Positions 1 to 10,072 are shown, counted from the first letter of the stretch. The stretch: DNA of 64,000 nt from Candidatus Omnitrophota bacterium (GCA_016208765.1 JACQXK010000009.1:118255-182254); one strand, 5' to 3'. The notes: generated by a model from the letters alone, not told the origin. Numbers and translations: made by a program.

Positions 1-29
1 CGCATGCCGCAAAACCAGAATTTGAGGGT

Positions 30-1013
30 ATGATTAGTAAAAGAGAGTTTGTCAATTTGGTAAGGCAGCTAAAGCCGGCAATAGATAGGTTTAACAAGCA
101 TTCTCAATACGGGCCGCTTTCTTTTTTTGAAGTTTATACTGCACTGGCTTTGTATTATTTTAATAAAAAGAAAACTGACATTGTTGTTTTAGAAACCGGT
201 CTTGGCGGCAGGCTTGATGCAACTAATGTGGTTGATCCTTTGGTTGCAGTAATTACGCCTATTAGCTTAGAGCATACAGATAAGCTTGGTAATACTCTGG
301 TTAAGATTGCCGGAGAGAAGGCAGGAATAATTAAAGTTCTTCGCTCCCGTATTCCTCTTCCTGTTGTTTGTGCGCCGCAGGAGAAAGATGCGTTTAGGGT
401 GATAAAAAACAGGTGTTCTAAAACCGGGGCAAGGTTAATTTATGTTAAAAAACCTGACCCAAAACTTAAAATTAATTTAATAGGTTCGCATCAGTCGGTT
501 AATGCAACAGTTGCAAAAACAGCTGTTGAAGCATTAAGTAAAATTGGTTACAAGATTGGTGTTGATAAAATTAAGTCAGGGCTTAATGATACTATTTGGC
601 CCGGTAGATGCGAGGTAGTTTCTTATAATCCAACTGTGGTTTTAGACGGGGCGCAAAATGAAGCTTCGGCAAAAGTTTTAGCCGAGGTGATTAAGAGCAA
701 TTTTTCATACCGTAAGTTGATCCTTGTTTTAGGAATTTCCAGCGATAAGGATATTAAGGGGATTTGCCGGAGGATTTGCCCTTTAGCGGATATAATAATT
801 TTGACTAAAGCAGATACTCCGCGCGCAGCAACAATCCAACAGATAGAAAATGATGTTAAAAAATGTCTAAGCGATTGTAGCAAGCAGATAATTTATACAA
901 ATGGGGTAAGAGAGGCAAAGAAAAAGGCGTTTCTTTTGGCGGATAAGAAAGACTTGATATTAGCAACTGGTTCATTATTTGTGGTGGGTGAATTCAGAAA
1001 TGGTAAAATATAA
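30..1013 (+). CDS. folC: folylpolyglutamate synthase/dihydrofolate synthase (5' end probably outside the window)
   Basis: ETGLGGRLDATN, EKAGIIK, WPGR, LDGAQN and TGSLFVVG motifs; the N-terminal GTNGKGS is absent, so the gene starts upstream. Confidence 0.93.
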   Translation: MISKREFVNLVRQLKPAIDRFNKHSQYGPLSFFEVYTALALYYFNKKKTDIVVLETGLGGRLDATNVVDPLVAVITPISLEHTDKLGNTLVKIAGEKAGIIKVLRSRIPLPVVCAPQEKDAFRVIKNRCSKTGARLIYVKKPDPKLKINLIGSHQSVNATVAKTAVEALSKIGYKIGVDKIKSGLNDTIWPGRCEVVSYNPTVVLDGAQNEASAKVLAEVIKSNFSYRKLILVLGISSDKDIKGICRRICPLADIIILTKADTPRAATIQQIENDVKKCLSDCSKQIIYTNGVREAKKKAFLLADKKDLILATGSLFVVGEFRNGKI

Positions 1014-2430
1014 TTTAGACGATACGATTGCCGCTGCAGCTACGGCTATGGGGGATTCAGGAATTGGCATTGTGCGTATTAGCGGTAAATGCGCAATTAG
1101 CATTGCTGATAAAATATTCTCGGCAAAAAACGGCAAAAGGCTTTCTACATTCAAGAATTTTACTCTGCACTATGGCTGGATTGTTGATAGTCGCCTGTCA
1201 CCTGTCACCTGTCCGTTGTCTGAAGATTTAGACAGGCGACAGGATGTAATTGATGAGGCCCTTCTAAGCGTGATGCGCGCTCCGAATAGTTTTACCAAAG
1301 AAGATGTTGTGGAAATTAATTGTCATGGGGGGATTGTAGCAATGCGTGATTGCCTGGAATTAGTATTGGCTAATGGCGCGCGATTAGCCCAGCCAGGAGA
1401 ATTTACTAAAAGGGCGTTTTTAAATGGGAGGATTGATCTTGCTCAGGCAGAGGCGGTTTTGGATATTATCCGTGCAAAAACTGACTCTTCGCTAAAATTA
1501 GGGGTTGAACAATTAAAAGGAGTTTTATCTAAGGAAATAAATATTATTAGAGATGAACTGCTTAATGTGCTTACTATTTTGGAAGCAAATATTGACTTTC
1601 CAGACGAGGAAATAGGTTCTGTTAATACCAAACAAATCCGGCAAAAGCTTGAGAGTCTTTTGCAGCAGTTAAATAATCTTCTTGAAGGCGCTAAATGCGG
1701 CAGGTTGATGCGCGAGGGGATTAAAGTTGTAATTTGCGGGCTGCCGAATGTGGGCAAGTCATCGCTTTTAAATGCTATCCTTAAGCAGGAGCGTTCTATT
1801 GTTACTCCGGTAGCCGGCACTACGCGGGATACTATTGAAGAGGTAATTGATATTAAAGGTATTCCGGTGAGGATCTCTGATACTGCGGGGATCTTAGAGC
1901 CGCGTGATCTGGTGGAGAAGAAGGCGGTTGAGCGCGCGCAGAAACATATCCAACTGGCAGACCTGGTAATTTTGGTTTTTGACGGCACTAAGAAATTATC
2001 GCAGCAAGATTTAGCCTTGATAAGAAAATTAAAGAAAAAGCCGGTCATCGCAGTGATTAATAAAATTGATGCGAGGCAAAAAATAGATAAAGATAAAATC
2101 AGGAAAGAATTCCCTCGCGTAATTGGAATCTCGGCTAAGAAATTAAAGAATTTATCTTTATTAGAGGATGAAATTTCCGGTTTAGTTTTAAAAGGAAAAG
2201 TTATGCCGCAGGAGCCGGTTTTTGTTTCAAGGCAAAGGCACATTCAGGCTTTAAAACATATTCAAAAACTTGTTGAAGAAGCGCGGAATTCATTGGATAA
2301 TAAAACTTCCACAGAATTTATTGCCCAGGACATTAAAGAAGCCCTGGGCCATCTTGATGATATTTTGGGAAAAAAATTCTCTGAAGATTTACTGGATAAG
2401 ATATTTAGCGAGTTTTGTATCGGAAAATAG
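1000..2430 (+). CDS. mnmE: tRNA modification GTPase MnmE/TrmE
   Basis: [43 protein letters not shown]-terminal FCIGK. Confidence 0.97.
   Translation: MVKYNLDDTIAAAATAMGDSGIGIVRISGKCAISIADKIFSAKNGKRLSTFKNFTLHYGWIVDSRLSPVTCPLSEDLDRRQDVIDEALLSVMRAPNSFTKEDVVEINCHGGIVAMRDCLELVLANGARLAQPGEFTKRAFLNGRIDLAQAEAVLDIIRAKTDSSLKLGVEQLKGVLSKEINIIRDELLNVLTILEANIDFPDEEIGSVNTKQIRQKLESLLQQLNNLLEGAKCGRLMREGIKVVICGLPNVGKSSLLNAILKQERSIVTPVAGTTRDTIEEVIDIKGIPVRISDTAGILEPRDLVEKKAVERAQKHIQLADLVILVFDGTKKLSQQDLALIRKLKKKPVIAVINKIDARQKIDKDKIRKEFPRVIGISAKKLKNLSLLEDEISGLVLKGKVMPQEPVFVSRQRHIQALKHIQKLVEEARNSLDNKTSTEFIAQDIKEALGHLDDILGKKFSEDLLDKIFSEFCIGK
1190..1243. repeat. in-frame heptamer (CCTGTCA) tandem repeat/palindrome inside mnmE
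   Basis: gtcgcctgtc-acctgtc-acctgtc-cgttgtc...gacaggcgacagg; 1190-1199 is the exact reverse complement of 1231-1240. Confidence 0.7.
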
Positions 2431-2438
2431 GAGCCCTG

Positions 2439-2993
2439 ATGGATAAGAATAAAATAGAAAAAGCAGTCCGGGATATTTTAGAGGCGATTGGCGAGGATCC
2501 AAAGAAGAAAGATCTGCTGGATACGCCAAAACGTGTGGCGGAAATGTATGAAGAGATTTTTGCCGGCATTAACCAAAAACCAGAAGATGAATTGGAAGTT
2601 ATCCTTGACCAAAAGCACCATGAGATTATTTTATTAAAAGGTATTCCTTTGTATTCTGTATGCGAACATCATCTTTTGCCCTTTTTAGGCAGGGCGAACA
2701 TTGCTTATATTCCAAAAAACGGCCGAGTTACGGGCTTGAGTAAATTGGCGAGGGTGGTGGATATTTTGGCTCGTCGTCCACAAGTGCAAGAAAGGTTGAC
2801 TACTCAGATTGCCGAGATCATTATGTCTAAACTTAAGCCTTTAGGAGTGATGGTGGTTATTGAAGCTGAGCACCTTTGCATGTCTATGCGCGGGGTAAAA
2901 AAACCAGGGACCATGACAGTCACTTCTGCTGTGCGTGGTATATTTAAGGAAGACGAAAAAACCCGCGCCGAAACCCTGTCTCTAATGAAATAA
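2439..2993 (+). CDS. folE: GTP cyclohydrolase I
   Basis: [37 protein letters not shown]. Confidence 0.97.
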   Translation: MDKNKIEKAVRDILEAIGEDPKKKDLLDTPKRVAEMYEEIFAGINQKPEDELEVILDQKHHEIILLKGIPLYSVCEHHLLPFLGRANIAYIPKNGRVTGLSKLARVVDILARRPQVQERLTTQIAEIIMSKLKPLGVMVVIEAEHLCMSMRGVKKPGTMTVTSAVRGIFKEDEKTRAETLSLMK

Positions 2994-3022
2994 TAAATTC
3001 CTCCCTGTTTCTCTTCTGAAGC

Positions 3023-3637
3023 GGAAACTGTTTCCAATCTGATAAGGACACTGGGCACAGCATTCAGATTAATAGCTCATCTAATAGATTATAAGGGTAT
3101 CTATCATTTAGATTTCTTTCACCGTAACTGCTGAATTTATATTCCGTTATATTTTTTGCAATATTTGCCCTTAATGGGTTCTGTTCTACATAAGCGATGC
3201 AGTTTAGTAAATACTGATCTTTAGATATAGTTTTTGTTTTATACCTGCTCTGCCAAACATGGCCGACTTTGTTATATTTTTTATTATAATGAGCAGTATA
3301 TGATCGTTGTAAACATTGCATAAATTTAGGCAATGTTTCTGGGTCTGAAGGCTCGCCAACTAAATGAATGTGGTTGGGCATTAAACAGTAGCCATACAAA
3401 AGAAATACATATTTACGTTTATAGTGTTTTAATTGTGAGAGATAAAAATCAAAGTCTTCGTCATCAAAGAAAACTTTTTGTTTTTGGTTTCCTCTAGTAA
3501 AAATATGATAACAGGCGTTTTTTATAAGCAATCTTGTTTTTGTCATTTTTCCTCCTTGTATTATTATGTTTGCCTTTTTAGCCCACTGTCCCGATTGAAA
3601 CGGAAACTGTTTCCCGATTGAGTCGGAAACTGTTTCC
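3023..3637. repeat. REP-like palindrome GGAAAC-T-GTTTCC, three copies flanking the RAYT gene
   Basis: exact copies at 3023-3035, 3602-3614 and 3625-3637. Confidence 0.75.
3064..3546 (-). mobile_element. rayT: REP-associated tyrosine transposase (RAYT, Y1/IS200-like)
   Basis: YHIFTRGNQKQKVF, YCLMPNHIHL (HuH), GHVWQSRY, YVEQNP, Y.FSSY; AAGGAGG RBS before the ATG at 3546. Confidence 0.88.
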
Positions 3638-3641
3638 ATAA

Positions 3642-4115
3642 TTAGAATTGGCGGTCTAAGCTTCTATACTGTACTGCCTCGGAAATGTGCTCAGATTTAA
3701 TTATGTCGCAACCTGCTAAATCGCTGATGGTCTTTGCGATTTTTAATATTTTATCGTAAGCGCGAGCTGATAATCCTAATTCTGTTAAGGCCATCTTGAA
3801 GAGCTTTTTTGCCGAGTCATCCAGCAGGCAATATTTTCTTATTAATTTAGAATTCATCTGTGCGTTACAAAAATAGCTGTTGTCTTTGAGCCTTTCTCTC
3901 TGGATTGCGCGCGCCTGCTCTACTCTTGATTTTATAGCTGCCGAAGATTCCGCCTCATTTATTTCCGTAAGTTCTTTGTATTTTATCGCCGGTATTTCAA
4001 CATGGATATCAATGCGGTCTAATAGAGGCCCGGATATTTTGCCCATGTAATTTGCTATTTTTGTAGTATTGCAACGGCAAACCTTCATTTTATCTGTAAA
4101 ATACCCGCATGGGCA
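3642..4115 (-). pseudogene. comM: 3' fragment of comM/YifB Mg-chelatase-like ATPase, interrupted by the element
   Basis: CPCGY...C.C...KISGPLLDRIDIHV, LSARAYDKILKIAKTISDL, HISEAVQYR; the expected upstream AMNP is replaced by unrelated sequence. Confidence 0.9.
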
Positions 4116-4145
4116 ACCGTAGCCAACCTTTCCACAAACACCCAA
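4105..4145. mobile_element. probable attachment junction (left end) of an ICE integrated in comM
   Basis: comM homology stops abruptly at TGC CCA TGC GG (minus strand); comM is a known island insertion hotspot; exact crossover not determinable. Confidence 0.7.
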
Positions 4146-4399
4146 TCAAACTGACATTCAAGATCTCCCGTTATCCAGATAAAACTTCAGGACAAAAAAT
4201 CCGTAAGTATAGACTCGAGAGAGAGTTAAAGCAGATAGAATTAGCAAGGTTGCTGAAGGTTGATGAAATGACTATTGTTAATTGGGAATTGGATAAAACA
4301 AAACCCAGGGATATGCTTGCAAATAGAGTAAATAGGCTTTTAGGAACAGAAATTTATCCTATACAAACATCGGCTTTATTAGGAGTAAAACTAAAATGA
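4109..4399 (+). CDS. XRE/Cro-family HTH regulator whose 5' end straddles the att junction
   Basis: GQKIRKYRLERELKQIELARLLKVDEMTIVNWE; start uncertain. Confidence 0.8.
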   Translation: MGNRSQPFHKHPIKLTFKISRYPDKTSGQKIRKYRLERELKQIELARLLKVDEMTIVNWELDKTKPRDMLANRVNRLLGTEIYPIQTSALLGVKLK

Positions 4400-5766
4400 T
4401 CCCCACAGGCATATCCCCTACAGAAGCGGCATTTGAAGTTGTTGGTTTGGTTAATGCCAAGTCAATAATAGATTTCTTGTTTTTTGAAACCAAGATAGGT
4501 TTAGCCGTTTTTCTTATAGGATTTTTGACTTCTTTATGGAGATCTGTCAAAGAATCCGATTTTTCAGTTCTATGGAGTTATTTGGTGATGTTTTGTATTC
4601 TTTTGTTTATTTTTATTAAGCCTATGGCTAGTTTGGAGAGCTCTACTTCTACCATGGAAGCAGCCGGATGGAAAGGCACCTCAACTCAAGAGGCATTAAA
4701 AGACGTCTTTATTGATACCGGTAAAGCTCGAGCTGGTTCTCTAGGTCTTGTTTTCATAAGCCAAGGTTATAATGCCATTGTTTATGGCACGATAAGTGCT
4801 ATTACCAAGGTTACTCAACAGAAAGATTTTAACTATCTGAACAATCCTTTTATCGTCAATAAAGTGTCTTTATATCTACAGCATTTTAGCAGTGAAGGAA
4901 TCAAGAAAAACAACGCCTTAAGAAAAGACTTGGAAGGTTTTCTTAAAAACGATTATCCGCAGACCTTAGGAAGGATGGTTAATAATGGCAAAACTCAATC
5001 AGGTATATCCAAGAAATGGTGGCCTGGGGATGAAGAGGTAATAATGAACTATGATTTGGATCAGAGAAAACGTTGGGAAGCTTTGGACTTAAGATTAACC
5101 GACTATATCAAAACAGAGATAGGCAAATTAGGCGCTAAAGGTCAATTTACCGACCTCTTCATAGACTACAAGGCAATAAAGATAAAGCTTCTTGCCGGAC
5201 ATACTGAAAAGGCAGCTACGGATATAGCCTCTAACTTGACCGGTTACGGCATAGAGCCTAAGAGTGCCAGCTTAAGCTGGTTGATGAGGCAGCCTGCTAG
5301 TTGGCTAGCCTATGCTTCATCATTTGTAGGGCAATTCTTTTCAACCACTTTATCAGAGTTTATGATTAAGGCACTTCCATACTTACAGGGCTACGCGGTA
5401 ATGATTATTTACAGCCTGTTTCCGTTTACTTTATTACTGTGCCTTTTATTTGGGACATTCAGCATATTAAAAGAGTATTTTATTTACCTCTTTTGGGTTA
5501 AATCCTGGGTCATTGTCTGGGCTCTTATTCATTATGCAGCTATCTATATGTCTACCTTACAGGCAAGGTTGGGTTCCGGCACCAGTTCCTGGTTTTTTGA
5601 GAAGCCTTATTTTAATACGGTTACGGGAGTGCTTCTGGTTATGTCTCCAGGGATTGCCTGGTTTATGACTAAGGGGGTATTATCTGGTATAGGAGAAGCA
5701 GCTTCGGCTTTAACCCTTCATGCTGATAAGGGAGTAGGTAAGGTAGGTTCTAAAATAGGGGTGTAG
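4396..5766 (+). CDS. TraG N-terminal-like/VirB6-like conjugative inner-membrane protein
   Basis: N- and C-terminal TM bundles with ALPYLQG...IYSLFP...LFWVKSWVIVWAL; T4SS context. Confidence 0.7.
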   Translation: MIPTGISPTEAAFEVVGLVNAKSIIDFLFFETKIGLAVFLIGFLTSLWRSVKESDFSVLWSYLVMFCILLFIFIKPMASLESSTSTMEAAGWKGTSTQEALKDVFIDTGKARAGSLGLVFISQGYNAIVYGTISAITKVTQQKDFNYLNNPFIVNKVSLYLQHFSSEGIKKNNALRKDLEGFLKNDYPQTLGRMVNNGKTQSGISKKWWPGDEEVIMNYDLDQRKRWEALDLRLTDYIKTEIGKLGAKGQFTDLFIDYKAIKIKLLAGHTEKAATDIASNLTGYGIEPKSASLSWLMRQPASWLAYASSFVGQFFSTTLSEFMIKALPYLQGYAVMIIYSLFPFTLLLCLLFGTFSILKEYFIYLFWVKSWVIVWALIHYAAIYMSTLQARLGSGTSSWFFEKPYFNTVTGVLLVMSPGIAWFMTKGVLSGIGEAASALTLHADKGVGKVGSKIGV

Positions 5767-5879
5767 ATGGATAAAATAATTCGCAAATTAATTTTTAAAA
5801 AGTTAGCGGTTAGGTGCGAATTATCCCAATTTGATTACGCTAATTATTTTGCGAATTATTTTTTAAGTATATTTATTAT

Positions 5880-6020
5880 CCCCAAGCACTTAAAGTTATT
5901 TGCGGGCGGTATGCCTTCGGGTGGTTTCGTCAACAACCCTCTCGAAGGCTACCGCACGCTCGTTCCAATCAAAACCACCCAAAACCCCCTAACCCAAAAA
6001 CCCTTAAGGCAGGGCGGGGC
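5880..6020 (+). repeat. 141-bp inverted repeat, copy 1 (candidate oriT), immediately upstream of the relaxase-like gene
   Basis: reverse complement of 32687-32827 with one mismatch; contains a long imperfect hairpin and a C-run tract. Confidence 0.92.
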
Positions 6021-6035
6021 TAATAAAGGAGAAGC

Positions 6036-6809
6036 ATGAGAAAAGGAAGATTAACAAAAGAAGAACAAGCGCGTAGAATCAAGTCATTACTTATCTTTAT
6101 CTATACTTTTCGATATGCAACGAGGAATCAATTGGAGATGTTTATTCAGGTGGTAATGAATCTATCTTTTACGCGCTGGCTTATAGATTATTCTCTTAAC
6201 AAGGGCTTCATCAATGCTTACTACGAGTCTTTATTCAAGACAAAAATCTACTATTTAACCTATAAGGGTAGGGAAATGATTTGCGATCAAGCCATGGTTG
6301 AACATTACTATTTTGAGAAGGCTCACGCGGGGTTAAATACCTTTATTCATCATAATAATATGATAGAGGCCTTTATGTTACTTAGAAGCCACTTGAATAT
6401 CGAAGAATGGGTGTGTGAGTGGGACCTAAGGAGGGGCAAGAGGGCAGGTGAGAAAATTCCCGATGGTTTAATAAAGCTTACGGAAGGAATCAATATGGCT
6501 TTGGAAGTGGAAACCCGCTATAAAACCCTTGGGATCCTAAAGACATTCATTAAGAGATACCGCTACGATATAGAGAAGATTTCTAGGTATCATTGTTTAT
6601 TGGTTGTAGCTTCAAGCAGGTTTAATTATGACGGCTTAAGAATGAGGCTGTATAACATTGCCCCGGAATTCTGTTCAAAAGCTCTTATTTTGGCTGATCT
6701 GGGTATGCTTGAGTTGGGAATGTGTTTCTACCAAGGCAAGCTGATACATCTTGAAGAAGCAATAAAGTTGTTAAAAGAGGGAGGGCAAAATCATGGACAA
6801 ACCGTTTAG
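6036..6809 (+). CDS. replication-relaxation family (MOBC-like) relaxase: wHTH plus PD-(D/E)XK
   Basis: FRYATRNQL, YYLTYKG, H, EW, IPDG, ALEVE; overlaps the T4CP start. Confidence 0.7.
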   Translation: MRKGRLTKEEQARRIKSLLIFIYTFRYATRNQLEMFIQVVMNLSFTRWLIDYSLNKGFINAYYESLFKTKIYYLTYKGREMICDQAMVEHYYFEKAHAGLNTFIHHNNMIEAFMLLRSHLNIEEWVCEWDLRRGKRAGEKIPDGLIKLTEGINMALEVETRYKTLGILKTFIKRYRYDIEKISRYHCLLVVASSRFNYDGLRMRLYNIAPEFCSKALILADLGMLELGMCFYQGKLIHLEEAIKLLKEGGQNHGQTV

Positions 6810-9057
6810 TTTAAAAGGATTCTTTATAAAGATATTGGTGTTGGTTCCGCTATTCTATATCGGCTTCGGCTGGTATATCGGTCTCAACTACGGAAGAAAG
6901 GGCGCCATTTTGGGACCCTTTGATAATATCCCTGTGGTGATGAAGACTAGTCTCTTGGGCTCATCCCTTGAGGATATTTCAGGCAGTAAAGCTTTGGTAA
7001 TGGTTGTGCCGCCAAAAGAAACCGGTAAGTCTGATCAGGACTCAACTTATTTTAAGATAACCGGTTATTTTGAAGTGCCCGGGAGTTGGGCTTTTGATTT
7101 TGCGCCTTCCGGCAACGATATTGTCCTTCCAAAGACCTTTGCTATGACTGGAAGCTATTCTAGGGTCATTTGCTATGAGCTTAAGAATCCCAGGCACAGG
7201 TTAGGAAGCTTGTCAGTAAGAGAGCTTAATGATCTTCTTAAGGCATCCGGCAGAACCAAGGATATGTTAAGTTTGATGCCTTATCTATTTCTTTCAAATA
7301 TGGAAGAGAAATACCCTTGGCTCTACTCTGACACAGTACTCTTGTCCAGAGCAATGGGTAATATCTTTAAAGACAATATGCTTCCCTACGACATATTAGG
7401 GTTAGCAGGTATAGCAGTTTTTTTTATTGCAATGGCTGCAAGAAGCTTCTGGCTATGGATATATTACTTGTATTGGGTGTTTGCTTACTGGTTCGGCAGG
7501 ATTGGCTACCATGATATAAATCTGTCTTTTAGTAACGATGGCTGGCAGGTAATCCGTTGGAGCTTCTGGAACGGTTTTATCATAAAAGAGGGAAGGTTAT
7601 TCCTGATTATAGCCTTTGGTTTGTCAATTATCGGATTTACAGGCTTGGGTATTATTTATGTGATTAAACACGTGATACCGCGTAAAAGGCGAGAGCTGGA
7701 GGATTTCTTAAAGATAGACAAAGAAACACAAAAGAGAAAAGAGCTTTCCATTGAAACTGTTGAGTTTAAGAAAGTCCACTTTAACATCAACAAAAAGTTA
7801 AATCAATACGCCAAGACAGACAAATATTTTCTGGCTGTCTCAGATGATAAGCTGGATGTGGTTGTCGAGGAGGCTGTGCTTAACCGTCATCTGCACGTAT
7901 TAGGTCCTACAGGAGGCGGAAAAACTTCATTAGTGATCCTTCCTTTAAGCAGGCAGGCGATAGAAAAAGGAAGAGGCTGCTGCTTTATTGATTTTAAGGG
8001 CGATGAGGTTTTTAAAAAGTATGTCCAGCAGCAGGCAAAAGAAAAGGGTAAGAATTTTTATTATTTCAGCATTGACCCTAACGAGCCGTCATCAGGGTAT
8101 AATCCGCTCTCCTCAGGAGATATCCATTCCAAGGTAGACAGGATTATGACGGCACTTGAACTGATTTATCACGGCCCGGCCGGATTTTACTCTAACGTGC
8201 AGGCAATGGCATTCGTTGCATTATTAAAAGAAATGGCTAAGGAAAATAAAGAGATAAATTTTCTTTCGGTTAAAGAAGAATTGGATAAGCCGGACTTTTT
8301 AGAAAGAACGGATGTAAGCGCTCAGGAAGTAAAGGGGCTCGTGGCAGTAATTTCTTGGATTGCAGATATCGATGTAATAAACCGGGATGAACTGGATTTA
8401 GCCAAAGCGATTAAAAACGGCGATATTGTATTCTTCGCCTTAAAGAGCCAGGTGAATACGCGCCTGGCCGAGGCAATAGGTAGGATGCTTATAATTGATC
8501 TTAAATGCCATGCAGTATCCCGCAAGGAAACGGATCCACCTTACTTTATCTTCATTGACGAATTCCAGAATTTAGCTTGTTCGCATTTTGTAGATGTTAT
8601 TTCTAAAGTAAGATCCGCTAATTTCTGCTTGGTTTTATCCAATCAGTCGCGGGGCAACTTATCCAATGTATCAGCTGCATTCGAAAATGCGATTTTCACC
8701 AATACCGCAACCAAGGTAATCTTCATGCAGGAGGACCCTTTTGATGCGAGGTTCTGGTCAGATAAGACAGGGCAGACCACTTATCAGGATAAGAGCGTGT
8801 TTCAGGTGGATAACATAAGTAATGATAAGGCAGGTGCCAAGCTTGACGGTTTAAGATCCGCTCAAGGCAATATCCGGACCGCTCTTAAGAACTACATTTC
8901 AGAGAACGTGTTTTTAAGGCTGCCGTTTCATAAGTCTGTTATTTTTTTAAGGGAAAAACTCACCGTAATAGCTAACCATGAGTTCTTATTTGACAAAAAA
9001 GAAAGAGACAGGCTTATCGCGAACCCGTTTGAATATGACAAGAATAAAGCAGCATAA
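6793..9057 (+). CDS. type IV coupling protein (TraD/VirD4-like) with a large N-terminal membrane region
   Basis: HLHVLGPTGGGKT (Walker A), FIDFKGD, YNPL, FIDEFQN (Walker B), LSNQS. Confidence 0.88.
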   Translation: MDKPFSLKGFFIKILVLVPLFYIGFGWYIGLNYGRKGAILGPFDNIPVVMKTSLLGSSLEDISGSKALVMVVPPKETGKSDQDSTYFKITGYFEVPGSWAFDFAPSGNDIVLPKTFAMTGSYSRVICYELKNPRHRLGSLSVRELNDLLKASGRTKDMLSLMPYLFLSNMEEKYPWLYSDTVLLSRAMGNIFKDNMLPYDILGLAGIAVFFIAMAARSFWLWIYYLYWVFAYWFGRIGYHDINLSFSNDGWQVIRWSFWNGFIIKEGRLFLIIAFGLSIIGFTGLGIIYVIKHVIPRKRRELEDFLKIDKETQKRKELSIETVEFKKVHFNINKKLNQYAKTDKYFLAVSDDKLDVVVEEAVLNRHLHVLGPTGGGKTSLVILPLSRQAIEKGRGCCFIDFKGDEVFKKYVQQQAKEKGKNFYYFSIDPNEPSSGYNPLSSGDIHSKVDRIMTALELIYHGPAGFYSNVQAMAFVALLKEMAKENKEINFLSVKEELDKPDFLERTDVSAQEVKGLVAVISWIADIDVINRDELDLAKAIKNGDIVFFALKSQVNTRLAEAIGRMLIIDLKCHAVSRKETDPPYFIFIDEFQNLACSHFVDVISKVRSANFCLVLSNQSRGNLSNVSAAFENAIFTNTATKVIFMQEDPFDARFWSDKTGQTTYQDKSVFQVDNISNDKAGAKLDGLRSAQGNIRTALKNYISENVFLRLPFHKSVIFLREKLTVIANHEFLFDKKERDRLIANPFEYDKNKAA

Positions 9058-9077
9058 AATAAAAGGAGGGAAGAGAA

Positions 9078-9401
9078 ATGTGTAGAGATATTAAAAGAAA
9101 GAGCTTTATATTAAAGACCTTTGCGGTCTTGTGCTTGGTTCTCGGATTTTCAATGGCGGTGGCACCTTTTGTCTTTGCGGAAATAAGCACCACCCAGGAG
9201 CAACAGGTAGTAAGCGACTTCGCCACGTTTATCATCAACATACTCACCGGACCTGTGTCAAAAATCCTGGGGGCAATATTGTTGATTGGCGGCGTGTTTG
9301 CGCTCTTAAACGGAAAGCAGGGAGTGGCTATAGCCTGCGGTTTTGGGTTCATGATTCTTATGTTTATACCCAAGATTCTGGAAGGATTGTTTAAGCAGTA
9401 A
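9078..9401 (+). CDS. conjugative pilin (VirB2/TrbC/TraA-like)
   Basis: signal peptide ending VFA plus two hydrophobic helices; directly upstream of traL-like gene. Confidence 0.75.
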   Translation: MCRDIKRKSFILKTFAVLCLVLGFSMAVAPFVFAEISTTQEQQVVSDFATFIINILTGPVSKILGAILLIGGVFALLNGKQGVAIACGFGFMILMFIPKILEGLFKQ

Positions 9402-9688
9402 TGAGAAAATGCCTGCGCACTATTGATAAACCGCTGCTGCTCTTCGGGCTTGAGCCTGAAGACGTGGGGATACTGGCTTTGGCCTGCGGCTCGATGATTT
9501 TATTCTTTGATACCTTTTACGCAGGCCTGGTATTCTTTGGGGGCTGGATGTTTTTAAGGTTAATAAAGCAGGGCAAGCCCCAGGGTTACATTACACACAT
9601 GTTTTATAAGTATGGGATTCGGATAAAAGGCTTGATTGCCCCGCCAAAAAAAGTTAAAATATATTCAGTTTTTAGGAAAGAGGATTAA
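9401..9688 (+). CDS. traL: TraL/VirB3-like protein
   Basis: IDKPLLLFGLEPED, two TMs, KQGKPQGYITHMFYKYG. Confidence 0.75.
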   Translation: MRKCLRTIDKPLLLFGLEPEDVGILALACGSMILFFDTFYAGLVFFGGWMFLRLIKQGKPQGYITHMFYKYGIRIKGLIAPPKKVKIYSVFRKED

Positions 9689-9698
9689 CTATGCAGAT
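9654..9698 (+). repeat. 45-bp direct repeat, copy 1 (traL 3' end + RBS + start of imm)
   Basis: TTAAAATATATTCAGTTTTTAGGAAAGAGGATTAACTATGCAGAT, identical at 28057-28101. Confidence 0.9.
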
Positions 9699-9882
9699 GC
9701 AAAATTTTACAATACCAGGATTATTATTGGTTGTCTCAATCGTTGTCCTTTATTTCCTGCCGACATTGATTGCGTTTTTAAGGAACCATAAAAATAAGCT
9801 GGCGGTATTTTTACTAAACCTGCTTTTAGGTTGGACAGGATTGGGATGGGTGGTATCACTTGTCTGGTCGGTAATGAAGTAA
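9691..9882 (+). CDS. superinfection immunity (T4 Imm-like) membrane protein
   Basis: LYFLPTLIA..R.H.N...VFLLNLLLGWTGLGWVVSLVWS family signature. Confidence 0.88.
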   Translation: MQMQNFTIPGLLLVVSIVVLYFLPTLIAFLRNHKNKLAVFLLNLLLGWTGLGWVVSLVWSVMK

Positions 9883-9931
9883 ATAATGCAAGATAATTTA
9901 GCGGTTCAGGAAAAAATTTATATAAAAAATC

Positions 9932-9959
9932 TTGACAATTTAAAATTATTGTGTAATAT
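9932..9959 (+). promoter_or_regulatory. sigma70-type promoter for the tra/pil operon
   Basis: TTGACA-16 bp-TAATAT in an AT-rich intergenic region. Confidence 0.6.
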
Positions 9960-10003
9960 TAAATTAACAATTAGGTAAAGTAGATTTAACACAGTCGCTA
10001 TCA

Positions 10004-10072
10004 CTCGGTCGCAAGACCGGAGAAAAATAGGGCTGGTTTTCTGAAAGCAATTTCAGAGAGCCAGCCTTTTTT
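10004..10072 (+). terminator. leader attenuator: GCAA hairpin followed by an intrinsic terminator just before traE
   Basis: cggtc-GCAA-gaccg, then ggctggttttctgaaa-GCAA-tttcagagagccagcc-TTTTTT (G-U pairs). Confidence 0.75.

Noticed and set aside
1443-2243. 266-aa minus-strand ORF and the many other antisense ORFs in the track
   Set aside because: Shadow frames of well-supported genes on the other strand.
5767-6039. 90-aa ORF between traG-like and relaxase genes
   Set aside because: It runs through the 141-bp inverted repeat and has low-complexity sequence; more likely non-coding oriT/promoter DNA.
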